Under the pieces are notes generated by a model. That model had not been told where the DNA came from and did no database searches. It worked only from the letters and a program-made list of their open reading frames with translations. A DNA stretch of 64,000 nucleotides. Origin: the human T2T-CHM13v2.0 reference genome, Homo sapiens. Positions 30,426-46,534 of the stretch are shown piece by piece. The translations under genes were made by a program, and so were the position numbers. The stretch lies in the NCBI RefSeq assembly GCF_009914755.1, contig NC_060935.1. The stretch is one strand, 5' to 3'. Each line of letters starts with the position of its first letter. Position 1 is the stretch's first letter.

Positions 30426-33324
30426 ACACTGGGATGGTGACTTGCAAGAAATAGAAAGAAAGCTTCCCAGACTGGCTCAAGTGACAAGGGAGACATTGCA
30501 AGGGCAAGGTGTTGGGGCTCTTGGGGATAGATACCCCAAGGAAGGAAGGGAACAACAGCTGATCCATGCAGGAGCCCGTATCAGGGAGGGAAACCCCTCC
30601 CTCTCCCTCTGAGACTTCCATAATTGAGTCTATGAAATAAACTGACAGCAGGCAGATTAACAGGAGAAAAGATAGATGTGTTTTTTGTGTGTACAGGAGC
30701 GTCACATGGAGGAAAACTGCATACCCCAAACCCAGCGAGATCTAGAAGCTGAGATGCATTCTTCATAGAGGAGGGAGAAGGGGGATGCAGGCAAGTTAGG
30801 GGAGAGTATACAAGGTTTGGAAAAATGAATGGGCCCTTAAGAGAATAAGCGACAGTCTAAGTCTGCCTGGGTGGGTGCCCCCTAGACCCCCAGTTTCCTC
30901 TCTCTCCTGTGATAGGAGCCAGTCTTCTCTGGTTGATGGATTCCTGGGGAGGGACTCACGACAATTGGCTTCTTTTTGGAGGACCTGTCTTTAGGCAGTT
31001 ACAGGGAGTTCAGAGAGAGAGAGAGAGCCCCTGACCTCATTTACTGTACCCCAAGTGCTCTCAGTTTGAGGTAATCAGCATACCAGAGCTGAAGAGCTGA
31101 ATATTTTGGGGTGACATTTCCTGAACTTTTTTTTTTTTTCAGAAACCAGGGAAGCCAGAAACCCAACCTACTTTCTCCATCTCTCAAGGCCTCCCCAGTA
31201 GCCAAGACTTCTCTGTCTCAAGGGTCTCACATCCCTTGGGGACCAGCCTCCCCAGAGGTAAGGGACAGTTTTTCCCTTTTAACTTCAGCTCATGCTGAAA
31301 TTAAATCCTTTCTTTAGTTCTTTTAGCACTGCCAAAGACAGGCTGGTATTTTCAAATATAACTGTATCTGTTAAAAGCTAGAAAATAGAAATAGAAAATA
31401 CAAATAGCAGAATCAGTTTTCCAAAGGGCAGATTCTGAGTGCTAGGAATCCTGGAAGAAGTAGAAACTCTGTTTTCTAAATTCCAAGCTACACAATAACT
31501 TTTCTCTAACCTTCCAAGAGCTGGGACAATTCTACCCCTGCCCCCAAGAGATAGATGCCTCAGGTGGAATCTATAGAAGCAGAATTGCCCCAATCTTTTT
31601 GAGGAACCCCTTTGAGAATAGAGCCTGGCACATAGCAGGTGCTCAGTAAATATATGGCATCCTATTTTCCATCAAGTGGAACAGTTTAGCAGGATATTTA
31701 TTCCCTCCTGGGAGGAATAAGAAAGACCCCCCAAAAACAAACCCTTCTGTAAATTAAACCTCTTGGATCTAAGCCTTCCCTCATCCCCATTACCTAAGCT
31801 TCATCCCTAAATCTTGCCAGTTTCATAAGAGGCTGGATAATGTTTTTGAAATAGTAAACCTCCGTGTTCCTATTGCCTGGTAGCCCTGCACCCACTGAGT
31901 CAATGACATCGATGCCTCTGGGGAGGGCGGCTACAGCCTAGAACAAAGAAGTCAATTGAGTTGCTGAATGGATTTTTTTTTTAACTCGAGGCAGATGCAG
32001 ATACAATAGTCTATGGGCAAAGCGATTTTGATTTGCAAGAGCTAGAGCTTAAGAGAGAAACAGTTTAGCTTTAAATTCCAAGAAGGCTTAGTTTAAACTC
32101 AGGACTGATCATTGAATTTCTGAAAGTTAACCATAGAGTGTCTGCAGATGTAGTAGGTGTTTAAGTGTTGATTAAATCAACCTTTCTCCACGTGCAAAAA
32201 TCCATCTATGTGACTAAACTTTTATTCTCATGCAATGCTTTAATGAGTAGTAGTGGTTAACATTGTGATTACCTTGTGCTACGTACTGTGCTAAGGGTTA
32301 GATAACTCATTTAATATTCTCAACAACCTCATAGAAATGGTAGCACGATTATTCCTATGCTCAGATGAGCTCATGTCGATTGCCTGCTACCCAGCTATAA
32401 CAATGCCTCTCTTTCAATCAGTTCTCTCACTTCTGTTTCCATTGCTCCTTCTCCATCCAGGTTCTTGTGCGTGCGCTTCTCTCTGCTGGGAAGATCCATT
32501 GACACCTTGTCTCTTTGGAGAAATCAGACCCCCTTGTTCTGAGGCTTCCAGAGACAAGTAATCATATCCTTTTCCATGCCCCAGCTAAACCTGTGCACAC
32601 ACAGGTTTTCTTTTTGCACTTTATATACAGAACATTACTGTAATTATTTGTGTACATTGGTCTTATTGTTTGCTCTGACAGTAGTGGGGTTTTCTCTGTA
32701 TCTTTAGAATCTAGCAAATGCTCGGCACGTAGTAGGGACCAATGATTATTAAATAAGTGACTAAATGATGGATGAATGGAGGAAAATAGTTAACCACAGA
32801 GCAGAGACCTGAGGGTAGTTGCCCCTCCACGCAGGAAAGGCTTCCTGGGAAATTGGGGAGCCCAAGGAGACAGGCAGAACCATTGTTTGGAAGGAGCTGT
32901 TGGGTCTGGTCTCCACCTCTGCCTCCTTTTCTTTTCACTTAGAGGTCAGAACTCCAGGGGGTGATAGAGACCACAGGTGCATCTGCTCAGCCCCAGGCAG
33001 TTTATGCCCTGCTTCCTTCTGGAACTCTCATAATATCCTGCACCAGCAGGGAACAGACAAGCGGAGCAGAAGGTGCCTTTAGGCAGTGCGATGCCCTGAG
33101 ATCCTTGCAGCTGATCCTTCCCCATAACTCCCTTCAGGTTCCTGGCCTGTGGCTGGTACCAAGGAAATCTGGAGTGGCCTCCAATCTGAGAGATGAGGAC
33201 TAGGGGGACAAGTCAGGGCTAGCAGGAGGGGAGCAGCCCAGCAATCAAGATAAATAATATTTAAATGCAATACTTAAAATTGGCAAAGTATGGCTCATGG
33301 GATTTCTGCCTAGTTTTATTTTTA

Positions 33325-34270
<946 letters not shown>

Positions 34271-34612
34271 CAATTGCTGAGTTCTGGGGCTATACCTTAC
34301 ATTCTGTGCCTGCGGTGAGTGCCTTGGTTTCCTTGCCCCAGTCTTGGCCTAGGAGGTGGGACCTGTGTCAGAGGAGCTGGGGGAGTGGTAAGGGCTGCTG
34401 CCTCTATAAGATGCCTTTGCTTTTTGACAAGAGCACAGGCTGGATTTCAGTTTCTTTCACCATCTCAGCAGCCCCCTCTGTACAGAGTACAGTCTGCACA
34501 ACTTTACGGGGTGGCCATGTCTGGAGAACAGACTACAGATTAGTCCACCCACAGGTAGTCCACTGCAGAGGCAGATGCACCACGAACAGAAACCAATGCC
34601 CAAGACCATTGA

Positions 34613-34911
<299 letters not shown>

Positions 34912-35245
34912 AGTGATTTGTCTTTTAACTGCTGAGTTATTAGACTTCTTTATATATTTTGTATACGAGAATGTTATCAATGGCTTCCTTTTGTATAGAG
35001 GATGCATTTCAGTCCCTTCAGCTGGCCTGCAAGTTTCTTCCAGATCTAACCTGATTTCCTTTACTGCTGGCTTTATCTCCTGCTACTCCCTTCCTTTTAC
35101 TGATAACGCTTTTTCACTTTTCTGTCCAGAAAATGCTTTCTCTCACAACTGGCCTTTTGTAGATGCCATTCCAAGAACATTATTGTCCCTTCTTGCCTGG
35201 CTAAAATCCACTCACTCTCCACTTAAGGTTCTTCTCTGTGGGCTA

Positions 35246-35421
<176 letters not shown>

Positions 35422-36177
35422 GATGATGCAGCAGGCAAGCTCCATGCCTGAGAGCTGGTCTACGTTCAGGGCCAGCTGCTGAGGGCACGTGTGGATTCTG
35501 GCCCTGTGATGCTGACAGTGAGGTGGTGGAAAGCGATTGTAACACTGTCCCTGTGATCCAAGGTGAGCAGTGAATCCCTCGAACTTAGAGGAGATTTTAA
35601 AGGTTATTTAGCCCACCGTCCTGCCCCGGAAGTTGGAGCATTTCTGCATCACCCCCATCTAGCCTGTCCTGTCTCTGGATTCCACCACGGACAGCTGGGG
35701 ATACTCAACATGGCCTTTGGGGAATGGGGGTGGTGTGTTTACCTGCAGGCAGGCGGCCCTGGGCTTCAATCCTGGCTCCACCCTCAGCCATAGAATCTAG
35801 GGCAGGTCTCTTTAGTTTTTCAATCTGCAGAATGGGCCTAGGTAGTAACACCTGCCTCGTGGGGCTGTTATTTGGCATTGGGCAGGCACTCAGCAGTGTC
35901 GGTTTCCTTTCCCTCCTATTAGAAAACTCGTCCTCAGATTGAGCCTAAATCTGTTTTCCTGTGAATTCTAAACATTGGTCTTGGAGCCACAGGGGGCACA
36001 TCTCTCTCAGCCCCCTGTCTGTTCCATGTTTGGAGTTTGTCCCCTTAAAAGCCTCTCTTCTGCAAACTCAACATCTTCACCTCCCTCAGCAGCTCTGCCC
36101 AGTCACCCATGCTGAGGTGAGCCTCACCCAGACGCCCTTGAGAGGCAAATCCATTCCACAGACAATGGCTGCTCTAT

Positions 36178-36557
36178 TGATATGGTTAGGCTTTGTATCC
36201 CCACCCAGATATCATCTTGAATTATAATCCCTATAATCCCCATAATCTCTTATATGTCAAGGGAGAGACAAGGTGGAGGTAATTGGATCATGAGGGCGGC
36301 TCCCCCTATGCCGTTTTCACAATGAGTTCTCACGAGATCTGATGGTTTTATAAGTGTTTGGTAGTTGCATCTGTGTTCATTCTCCTTCCTGCTGCCTTGT
36401 GAAGAAGGTGCTTGCTTCCCCTTCTCCTTCCACCATGATTGTAAGTTTCCTGAGGCCTCCCCAGCCACACTGAACTGTGAGTCAATTAAGCCTCTTTTCT
36501 TTATAAATTACCCAGTCTCAGGCAGTTCTTTATAGCGTGTGAAAACGGACTAATACT
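36178..36557 (+). mobile_element. THE1 solo LTR
   Basis: tgatatggttaggctttgt...ggactaatac. Confidence 0.9.
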
Positions 36558-36829
36558 GTTATCCATGGCGTTAGGTCATTTCTGTCAGGATGGGAGCCGT
36601 TTCTGATTCACTACATGGGGTAGAGCTGTTTGCACTTGCTAAGTGTGTAATAAATATGTGTTGACTGAGCCCGTCTCCCTTGGTCAGAGGGAGTACTCTT
36701 GCCCCAAGTCTTCTTTCCCTTCCTCAGCTACAATTTGAGGCCAGGGAGTGAGGCAGGCAGTGTATTGTAAGACCTTCCATTAATTCACTCAAAGCATTTA
36801 CCAAGCACCAGGCTAGGGGCTCCGATGAG

Positions 36830-37278
36830 AACCCTGTGAATTTCCTAGGGCTGCAGTAACAAATTACCACAAACGGCATGGCTTAAAGCAACAGACATTT
36901 CTTCTCTCGCAGCTCTGAAGGCTGGAAGCCCAGAATCAAGGTGACGGCAGAGTCATGCTCCCTCTGAGGTTCGAGAAAAGAATCTGTCCCATACCTCTCT
37001 CCCAGCTTCTGATGGCTTCTGGCAGTCCCTGGCATGCCTAGGCTTGTAGAGCCTCACTCCAATCTGTCTCTGTCTTCACATGGCATTCTCCCGTGTGCTG
37101 CTAAGTCCACATTTCCCTCTTAAAAGGATGCCAGTTGCGTTGGAGTGAGGGTCCACTCTAATCCAGTGTGAACTCATCTTAACCCTGATCATATCTGCAA
37201 AGACACTATTTCCAAATTAAAGTCACATTCCCAGGTTCTAGATGGACATGCATTTTGCAGGGATAGCAGTCAACAGCA
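36830..37278 (-). mobile_element. MLT1-type MaLR LTR
   Basis: gctgcagtaacaaattaccacaaac...tttccaaattaaagtcacattc. Confidence 0.8.
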
Positions 37279-38799
37279 TGGGAAACAATGCTTGCTCTCA
37301 AGGAGCCCATTGTCTCATGGAAGGAGGAGCAGACCTGTTAACATAGAGGAGCGATGTGGTGATTCCCGGAGGCACGCTGGAGCAGAGAGAGAGCATGTGT
37401 GCTGGGAAGACCCCTGAACCAATCTCTGAGGGGACAGGAGCTGGTCAGAAGAAGGGTGTGAGTAAAGGTGGGAGAAATGGCCTGGGGCATGCAGAGAACT
37501 CCCAGCAGCTGGTGAGGCTAGAGCCCAAAGAAGGGATCAGGGAGTGATGAAGACAAGGCTGGGAGGTGAGCAGGGGGCAGTTGTGGAACACCTTGGACAC
37601 CACGGGCCTTTATCTTACAGGCAGCCAATCAGAAGCCAATGAAATACTTTACGTAGGAAAATGATAAGGCTAAATGTATCTTGAAAGCTGACTCTGGCAT
37701 CCATGTGGGATGGGTTAAGGGGTGAAACTGGAGGCCAGCGAACTAGTTGGATGCTGTTGCTAGTGCAGGCTAGAGATGTGAGGCTGTCAGCGGCTGATGG
37801 GGGTCTTGGCCAGTTCGTGCCCACTGTTATTCCAGAGATAAACACTGTGGACTTGCATCACAAACACCATTCTGCAGGTAGAACTTGACCTTCATAAAAG
37901 GAAGACAGAAAAAGACATCAGAAATTGTTTTTTAAGAACAAATGTTGGATTTTCAAGGGATCTGAAGTCAAGGTTGAATTTTCCAATGAGCTAGCTGGAC
38001 TCTTCTTGGCATTTAGACATCCCAGGGTTTGCTTTCCATTGATTTTCCAGTGGGAACCTCCTTCTCATGCGTGATCTTCCTCCTACACTCTCGGCCCCTT
38101 GTCAGGTGCAGTTTCTGGTGAGGTCTTAAATTTTTCAATGGTGCCCAGCTAGCTGGTGTAGAAGCCCTTAGGTCTGGGCAGCCTGGGGATGCCCTTTCCT
38201 GTAAGACTGTGTCAGGCACGCTCTTTCCTGGGCTAAGATCTTCATGGGCCAATGCCAATGTGAGTGGCAAGGGAGTCCACGCACTGTAGGGCTCTCCCTC
38301 CCAGCCCATCTGTGCCCTTGCATGGCTGTTCCGAGTCACAGGCCCCCTCCATTTAGGACATTGTAATGCGGCCTTCTTTCTTTACTCTAGACAAAGGAGA
38401 TACTGCATAGGCAGTTGTAAGTGTGAGTCTGGGGTGTCAGTATCACTGTGGGTGGAGTTGGTTGGCAGTTGAAAGGCCTCAGGCCCAAGCTGTGGGACCA
38501 CCCACTGTCTGATGGAAGTGAGTGATGAAAGAAGCATGACAAAATGCAACCCCAGAGAGGTGGGATTGGGGGTGGATGGGGGAGTGGACACTCCCAGCGG
38601 CATCCCAGACAGCTGTTTTCATTGATGCGTTCTATAGGGAAAAATTGTGAAAGACTTTGAAATGGACCAAAAAGATGATTGGGTGTCTTGTCTAGCATAC
38701 TCTTCTGGGTTTTTTTCAGGCTTCATGGTCTTTGAGCTATTTTACAGCCCTGGAAGTTACAGAAAACTGGTAATAACACAACGAGGAAAAGGCATGTGA

Positions 38800-39545
38800 G
38801 GCCATAGCAAGAGGACACACAAGCCAGGAAGTGAGCCCCCATCAGACACCTGAACCTTGATCTTGGACTTCCAGTGTCCAGAACTGTGAGAAATAGATTT
38901 CCCTTGTTGAAGCCACCAGCCTATGGTGTTTTCTTATGGCAGTTGGAGCAGACCATGAGAGCTATATTTCAGGTTCTTTGAGATTTTCTTTTAACCAATT
39001 GTAATATCTTACTGGTTCCCCCATGAATTAATGGACTAAATACAATTTTTGACATAGGTTATTGGTATCAGAGTCACGATTTTGTCCTTAAGAAAAAGTT
39101 ATTCTTTGACCATTCAATCATTCAGCAGAATGTTTGTTGATGCCGTCCCTGGCCCTGGCACTGTGCTGATGGCTGGAAATACAAAGATGAGTTCAACATA
39201 GTCCTTGTCCTCAAAGAGCTCCTTGTGTGGTGCAGAGGCGGGCAGGAGGCACACCAGTGAGCATCAGAGTGTCGGTGCTGAGGCTGCAGTTGGAGGAGGT
39301 CGCTTTTGGCAGGGATTCGGGGCAGGGCTGGGAAAAGCATGAGTTTTGGAGTCAGACAGGCCTAGCTCTAAGTCCTCAATTCACCACTTCAAAGCTTTGT
39401 GGCTTCAGATACATTCATTTTCTTATCTGTGAAGTAAGGATAGTATTTTCATCTTAAGGGTTTATGAGAAGTAAATGAGGTATTGTGTGCAAAGAGCTTA
39501 GCCCAGTGCCTGGCATATACTAAATGCTCAACAAATGCTAGTCTC
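38800..39545. mobile_element. MLT1 fragment (38800-38960), L2 (39110-39330) and MIR (39340-39545)
   Basis: Diagnostic cores of each family. Confidence 0.65.
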
Positions 39546-42500
39546 AGCCTTCTGGGCTATGATTTCAGAGGTGCAAGGAAGGCCCCTGATTCCTTCCTCT
39601 GCCTGCTAGGAGACACCTGAAATTCCTTTAGGAGAGGAAAACCCTTTCATTACACAGCTAGCAAAGCACTCCCAGTATAAACAGCTTGGGACAGGAAGTG
39701 TGGTGACTCAACACACGTTAATATGTAATTTGCTGATGCCAGGGCTTCCGCTTAGAGAAAGTTTTCATAAGCATAACCCCTTGCCTGTGAGTGCCTCTGA
39801 AAGCACTTTCACATCTCTGACCTCATGTAATCCCCCCAGCGCCTATCTGGGGAGGGCAGGTCCTGGAGGATCATCCTTACTCATTTTACCAAGGAGGGGA
39901 CTTGGGCTTTGAGCCATGAAATAAATAGTCCATTCCAGGTTACTCAGCCATGATCCAGGAGCCAGGCCTCAGACCTCAGTCTCCAGACTCAAACAATGCA
40001 CCCTTACCTCCAGTGGAGTGAAGAGGGGAGAGGAGTCACTCTAGAAGAGAACTTGGGGAACCTGAGCTTAAAGAAGCTGAGTCAACCCTGGGTGGAGGAA
40101 GCAGAGCCTCCCAGGATGGTGGGTTAAGGATCTGCTCTCTATAAGCTGTGGAATTCTTACCATGTTGGGCCTTGATTTCTTCTTTTCTAAAATGGTGGTA
40201 GTAATGCTTGTCTCACAGGGCTGCTGTACGGATAAAGAGGATAACACAAGCAGTGTCTAGCACAATGCTAGATGGAAGGCTTCAAGCCACACAAGAGCAG
40301 GGACAAATCTGACTTGCTCCCCATTGCATCCCAGCAATCGGTAAAGCACCAGGCACGTGGTAGGTGCTCCAGGAGTATTCAACAAAGGAATGGATCAGTG
40401 AGTGGCATGGGCTCAGTGCACGGCCACTGTTGTAGTCATTGTGTAGGAACAGGATCGCTGGTGGAACTCACCGAGCCTGGGGACGTGGAAGAGAGGCTGG
40501 GGGAGCCGGGTCTGCAGACACATTTCAGTGGCTGTGGGGAGGGCAGGCTCAAGGAAGAATTCAGTTTCTTTGGATATGAGGGCTTTGGGACACCTTCTGC
40601 TCTGAATGGAGGAGCCAGGAGCTGGGATACTCCATGTCCAGGCCAGGGGACAGGGTGACTTCAGGTAGAAGTTGTAGGCATGCAGGTAAGCCCCAGAGAG
40701 CATAAGGAGAGAGAAACCCAGGCCCATGCTAAACCAGCAGGGGCAGCCCATGTGGGTGGTGCAAGGACCAGACAAGCAGCCTCCAGGGGGTGGGCAGAGA
40801 GCTTCTCTGTGGCCCCTGTGCTGGGGTAGGGGGCATGGGTGGCCCAGAAGGACAGGATGCCACTGTATTTCCTGAGAACTGCTGCCCCAGCCCTTAGCTG
40901 TTCCTTCCACTAGAAGCCATTTTCACTCCTACTCTGACCCTCCTGAGACCATGGCTCACGGTCAGGCCCTGATCTTCTCGTGGATTTCTATCGATTTGGA
41001 TGTTTTTGACAGAGCGTGTCTTTAGGAGAGGCTGGTGGGACCTTCTGCTCCTGAGCCGCGATCTCTGCCTCCACCTGAATCTTCACCTCTGCTCTGTACC
41101 TCCCCTCTTCACTCACAGCCACTGGCTCAACTCTCCCACTTAAAACAAAACAAACAAAACCCTCTCTCCCTTGGCCCCAGCTGTCTCTTCAGATCACGTC
41201 TTATCTTTTCTCCCCCAACTCGTATCTTGGGAGGATTAGCGTTCCTTGCTGTCTGATGTTCTCTCTCATTCACTTTTTTTTTTTTTTTTAAGCAAGTGGT
41301 CTTCCAGGTGTTTTTCCTCTGAGTGGCATCACCAGTGGTCTACAAAGTCACCAAGTCCCCTCTCCAATCCACCCCCTTACCACTTCTAAATCCAACTGCT
41401 GTTCTCAGGACGTTTCTGCCTCCCATGGCATTTGGCCATGTGGGCCGCTGCCTGCTTGGAAGTCCAGCCTCAGGTCCCAGGCGGAACCCCGCCGGTGCCT
41501 GTGGCTTTGGCCTTGGCTGGCTTCTTGCTTTCCTTCGCTGGTCGCCCGCCCCCTTTGCTGTGGGTGCTTCTCGAGTGGATCCCAGTCCTCACCTCCTCCC
41601 TCCACGCGTTCTCCCTGCGTGAGCTCATCCTCCCTGTGGCTTTAATTACCATCTGTAGGCTGCTGGCCGCTCCAGTGTGGGCTTGTCTCAGGAGAAACAG
41701 CCCAGCAGCTTAAGAGCATCTCCATCCCCACATGTGTGAACTTGAGCACGTTCTGAACACCCCTCCCGCCTTCCCGCATGGCCACTGTCTCAGTAAGCAT
41801 CTCTCCAGTTGCTGGTCAGAAACCTGGACAGGACTCCTGATTCCTCCTTCTCTGTCAGCCCCCACACTCAGTCCTTCTGTTTGATTTGACCCAATCGCCC
41901 CTTAGGTTTTCCTCCTAATTTGCTTTCCAGTCCACCCGCTGATCTCCTGCCCGCCTCAGTGATGGCTTCCTCCCAGGCTCCCTGCCTCAGTTGCCCCGGC
42001 TCACTCCCATGGGCTCAGCAGGTCTTGGGCTCTGCCTCATGCCTTGGGCTTCTCTGTCTGTCTGTTCCCTCCCTCCAAGCTTTCCTCAAGCCTCACCTCT
42101 TTGAAAGCTCGTGTCACAGTTAAGAGGGATAGTCTGGAGCCCACAGACCTATTTCAAATCTAGATGTCAGCACTTAGCAGCTTTGTGATCTCAGCCTCAG
42201 CAAACTTCTTACCTGCTCTATGCCTCAGTCTCCTCTTATGTAAATGGCGATCCCTGCTTCTCATCGATTGCTGTGAGTCAAGTGTGTGTCTCTAGCTGCT
42301 TTTGTATTCTAGAGAAAGGCGTTCATTGCTGCCAGGGAGACAGGGATCTTTGTTCCGGAAAATGACCCATTGATTGTGTCAGATAAAGCTCTCTACCCAC
42401 CAGAGTGAAACTGGGAAGGCCAAAGAATGGGGCTGAACTTCTCCAAAGACAAAAGCCATTTCAGCAGGAAGCAATGAGAACCCGGAAATGGCAGAGGGGG

Positions 42501-44244
42501 GTCAGCCACGGGATTGGAGTGCAGAGGCTGAAGACAGAACCCAGAAGATGTGACTGGTTCAGGAGGAACTGGCAAGAGCAAGAGGTCTGATTTTTAAATT
42601 TCGAGTCACTTGTTAGGCTTCAAGAAGGTCCCTCCTATTCCCCAACTTCTAGGAAAATTATCTTACAAGTTCTGCCATAGGTTAGTAACATTTTGGGAGA
42701 AAATTCAGGACGAGACAGATCCCATCTGCCACTTCTTCCAGGAAGCCTTCCTGGACTCCCCCTGTCTCCCAAGTCTGGTTTTGGTATCTCCTCTTCTGTA
42801 GGTCAACAAGAAGAAAAAAACAAACAAAAACAAAAAACAACCCAAAAAATTGCATAAACTCAAGAGTCAGAACAGGATTGAGAGAGAAGAGGAAATCAGA
42901 ATGAGAGGAAATCATGAAAATGCCAGGTCCTGGCAATTCTTAGGCATCTTGGAGACTGTACGGCATGGAACTGTTTTTATCTGAATACTGAAAGTGACCC
43001 CAAAGCTTTAAAGGGACATCAAGAGATCATCTGTGTTACTGAGAATTAAATTAGATGATGTACATAGAGTTCTTAGCCCCAGCCCCAACACACAGGAAAC
43101 TCAGAAATTTGGGAGTTACTTTTTTTTTTTTTAACAAACATTATAATGTCCTATTTTATAGATAGCAAGGATATAACAATCTCATCAGAGGTGAGGTGGG
43201 CAGAGATCTACAGGAACAGAGGGAGCTTATCTCCTCTTAACTTCCCTGGGCACCCAGGCCCCCTAATGGGGACACAGCTGCTGGTGACACTGGCCAAACA
43301 AGGACAATCTGACCATATCTGGAAATGTCCACTTTTGTTTTTATTGTCAGCTACTATTATCATTTTTAATAGGACAGGGTCTCACTATGTTGCCCAGGCT
43401 GGTCTCGAACTCCTGGACTTAAGCAATCCTCCCGCCTCGGCCTCCCAAAGTGCTGGGACTGAGCCGCAGTCTGAGCCGCAGCGCCAAGCTCTATTATTTT
43501 TAACATCACTGTCCTTCCTCAGTGTCCCCAGAGTGCCTCTGCCTGTCCCCACTCATCTGTTGTTGAGTGTGGATCTTGGATTACTACTTTTCTACTTAGA
43601 TGTAAGAAATCTGGCTGATTTTCACATGTGGTTTATAGAAATAGAATGATTTTTTTGGTTCCATCATGTATCCTGTCTTCCTCCCTCCAATTTCACTGCA
43701 AGCTCTGAGTTGGAACTCAAATGGCCAGTTCTCCTTAGGTCCCTTGTGCCTCATGCACAGCAACGGCTGCACCGATGTCTGTTGCTGTGGGTGTTAATTT
43801 CATCCCTGGATGGGTCCAGAGAGTCCACACCTGGGCAGGAGGCTCAGCCCGGAAGCCCCTGCTCTGTCTTTGCCTGTGTCTTCACTCAAGTCTCTTGGGA
43901 CAGCCTGAGCTGCTGAGATGTGGTGGTGGAGAGGAAACAGAGATGGGGTCTTTGAGAAGAGAAGGACTAGCAGTGTGAAACTAAGTGGGTGGTCACAGGG
44001 TGTGGGGGTTGTATTTAATTAGTCACTAAGCCCTTTCATGAGATCTTGAGCCATGGTCCCTTGTTGAGGAAATGTGTGTACATGTGAACTGCATGGAAAA
44101 GGACCTCAGGGTTGTCACATCCAACTCTGATCCATTGTAAGAATCTCCTTTTATACCTCTGACAGGTTTTATTCAGTCTTTACTTGAATGCTTCAAATGA
44201 TGGAGAGTTCATTACCTTTAGGGCAGGAATTTTTGATTACCTAA

Positions 44245-44470
<226 letters not shown>

Positions 44471-45164
44471 AGAACTTGATTTTAATTAAGTACTCACCCT
44501 CCTTCATAACTGATCCAAAGAGTTATAGTGAGCCCATTTCTCTTCCCCGTGGATAATTTAGGCGAGTGTATGAGCATGCGACACAATTCTAGCTAACGAG
44601 GTAGAGAGGAAGCCCAGTAGGGGCTTCTGGGAAAGGTTTCCTCTCTTTTAAAAAGAGATACAAAAAGGGCTGGCCTGTTCTTCTATTAGAAATTTGAGCA
44701 GATATGTGATGTCTGGAACTGTGGCAGCTATCTTATGACCATGAGGGGAACTAACCTGAAAGCCAAGAGGACAAATTAAGGCTAACAGAACAGAAATGTG
44801 TTAAAAAACAAAACAAAATAAACATGCAAGCAAGCAGGAAAACAAACTGGGGTCATTGATGTAATCACTGAACAGCTAATTCAGTGATTAGCTGGGGGTG
44901 CACCTACTATTTAAAGCAAACCTGAAAAGCTGTTCACTCATTTTTAACATGAGGTCAATGAAATAGTTTATATGAACTGGAACCAAACAGGAAATCTCTA
45001 ATTCTAAATGTCAGTGGCCGAGTTTTGAGCCTAAATAATGAACTTTATATCCATCTGTGTTACACTTTATTTTTTGGTTTTGATCTAATCTTCCACCTTT
45101 TACAGACTTTTTGGATTTCTGTTTTAACTCTACAGAACATTCCTAGTCCCTCTCAACTCTCTCT

Positions 45165-45491
<327 letters not shown>

Positions 45492-46145
45492 TAGAGCTTC
45501 CGTGAGCATAATTTCTTCATTCAAGGAAATGATGAGTTGAAAAGAGCCAGGCCAAAGAGAGAGCCTGGCAACACTGCACACAGCACTGGGGGCCAGACAC
45601 TTTGGGGTCACCTAGATGTATCACACAGCCCACATTTCTCTATCTTGTCTGCATTTGAACAAATGCCTTGCTGAAAGCAGGATTTAGTGACTATGATACA
45701 CTGACCCATTCTTCCTTATAAAAAATGGAACCACCGTCAGCAGAACTATGCTGGGTCTGCCTTGCCAGGGCTGTGACCTTCTCTGTACAAGTCTGTTTGC
45801 ATGTGGGCAGGGACGGTGAGTTTGTGGCCTTTTCTACGCGTTTCATATCTGGACCCATAGTTCAGTTTTGGGGGTTAGGACTGAGCTCTGGTTGGCACTG
45901 GCTAGGGCTAGACGCTGGGAAGATGGCTGGAAATATTGATGACAGATAAGCCTTTTTTGTCCAAGGCCAGACAGGTTATATCAGCCCAGACTGAGAGCCT
46001 TCTGAGTCCCCTCCCCTCCCCTCCACTTACTTCTATTACCCTGGCCTTGCCCTGGGCCTTCCTCCTTCAGAGCTTTCTGGCTCTCTGTTAGGGTAGGGCT
46101 CCATCTCCCATTGATCCTGAAAATAGATCTTGAGGGGACTCTTGA

Positions 46146-46534
<389 letters not shown>
